Below are positions 31,350-32,000 of a stretch of DNA of 32,000 nt, one piece after another (positions within the stretch are counted from its first letter, which is position 1; every line of letters starts with the position of its first letter). The notes below the pieces were generated by a model. That model was not told the origin of the DNA and searched no databases. It saw nothing but the letters and a program-made list of their open reading frames with translations. Source of the DNA: Nanobdellota archaeon. Its GTDB lineage: Archaea; Nanobdellota; Nanobdellia; Tiddalikarchaeales; Tiddalikarchaeaceae. The DNA is taken from the NCBI GenBank assembly GCA_016931175.1, contig JAFGFH010000013.1:13486-45485 (forward strand), read 5' to 3'. Made by a program: the position numbers and the translations under genes.

Positions 31350-32000
31350 ATGCCTAAAAACCAATTATTAGCAATTAGGAAAAGTCTCACTTACATCATT
31401 AATCATCATTTTACATATAAGACTTTTAATGTTCCAGTGGACGAGAAGACTTTCGAAACAATCGAAGAAATGAACATTTTCCTGTCATATATAAGAAACC
31501 CTAAGTATCTTGTGTTCTTTAAGGTAATGGCTTGGACTGGTGTCCGCAAAGGAGAAGCAATAAGGATAAAGAAAGAAGATTTCGACTTCGAGAACGAAGA
31601 CTTATATGTTAGGATTACTAAGAACGCGAAAGAGGCAGAGGAGTTAAGAGTTAGAGTGCCTTTGCCAAGCAAATTATGCAACGAATTAAAACTCTTATTC
31701 AGTTATGGTGTCTTAAAGGAGAATCCTTTTTGCGATTGCACGCACGAAAGCAAGAAAATATTCAGATTAGCATGCGAGGAATCAGGCAAGAAATACAACC
31801 AATCCTACGGAACTGCCAAAGATGGCAGAACACTCTACTTCTTCAACATCGGATGCTTCCGCAAATTCTTCCAAAGCATGATAGCCAATAATTCAGACTT
31901 AATTGGCAGAGCATTACACAACACTCCAACAGTAGCCAAAAAGCACTATTTAAGCAAAATATCAAGGATAAGGAAGATAATAAATGAGTTGTATATGTGA
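31350..32000 (+). CDS. Tyrosine recombinase / integrase (short, 216 aa)
   Basis: Box I-like AWTGVRKGEAIRIKKEDFDFENEDLYVRITKNAK...RVPLP. C-terminal FRKFF...GRALHNTPTVAKKHYL supplies candidate R, H and Y catalytic residues. It lies 78 nt downstream of a tRNA gene. Confidence 0.7.
   Translation: MPKNQLLAIRKSLTYIINHHFTYKTFNVPVDEKTFETIEEMNIFLSYIRNPKYLVFFKVMAWTGVRKGEAIRIKKEDFDFENEDLYVRITKNAKEAEELRVRVPLPSKLCNELKLLFSYGVLKENPFCDCTHESKKIFRLACEESGKKYNQSYGTAKDGRTLYFFNIGCFRKFFQSMIANNSDLIGRALHNTPTVAKKHYLSKISRIRKIINELYM

Larger units (their letters stand above)
31198..32000 (+). mobile_element. Probable left end of a tRNA-Lys-targeted integrated element (continues beyond window)
   Basis: The tRNA 3' end followed directly by an integrase gene reading away from it is the classic layout for integrated plasmids and proviruses. 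The right-hand att repeat cannot be seen in this window. Confidence 0.4.

Noticed and set aside
1-32000. CRISPR arrays, DGR template/variable repeat pairs, IS elements, rRNA, C/D-box sRNAs
   Set aside because: I saw no regularly spaced direct repeats and no reverse transcriptase or transposase ORF. No spacer is long enough for rRNA, RNase P or SRP RNA. No RUGAUGA...CUGA box pairs appear in the intergenic spacers I scanned by eye. A computational repeat search could still find something I missed.

Overview
This is an AT-rich, very gene-dense archaeal chromosomal segment. Genes are chained by 4-nt ATGA/GTGA stop-start overlaps, convergent genes overlap, and spacers are tiny. Gene content and compaction suggest a small-genome, DPANN-like archaeon, but that is inference only. 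Core archaeal information-processing genes are unambiguous: RFC small and large subunits, TBP, MCM, an RPA32/Stn1-like OB-fold protein, aIF2-beta plus DUF424, aIF5B, L7Ae-S28e-L24e (L24e is below the ORF-track cutoff and was found by hand), S8e, LSm-L37e and tRNA-Lys(CUU). Two archaeal lipid genes, CarS and a CDP-alcohol phosphatidyltransferase, sit at 11.9-13.1 kb. The most unusual content is a minus-strand run of bacterial-type glycerolipid genes at 15-22.6 kb. It holds a FakA-like Dak2 protein lacking the FakA C-terminal domain, DegV/FakB and two tandem PlsY paralogues. A 505-aa orphan follows, then a TrxR-like/pyruvate kinase/GpsA/ferredoxin operon. The block is flanked on both sides by archaeal markers and uses the same TATA(-27) leaderless promoter geometry as the rest of the window. 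Other points are a giant sequon-rich protein with a type-IV-pilin-like signal, and an MCM/OB-fold/aIF2-beta/DUF424 coupled operon. There are also shared palindromic TATA boxes between divergent leaderless gene pairs, a Bud23-like methyltransferase fused into the r-protein operon, and a small accessory islet (4-TM protein + CYTH enzyme + two orphan small ORFs). A tRNA-Lys-adjacent tyrosine integrase probably marks the left end of an integrated element running off the right edge. No CRISPR array, rRNA or obvious repeat family was seen.
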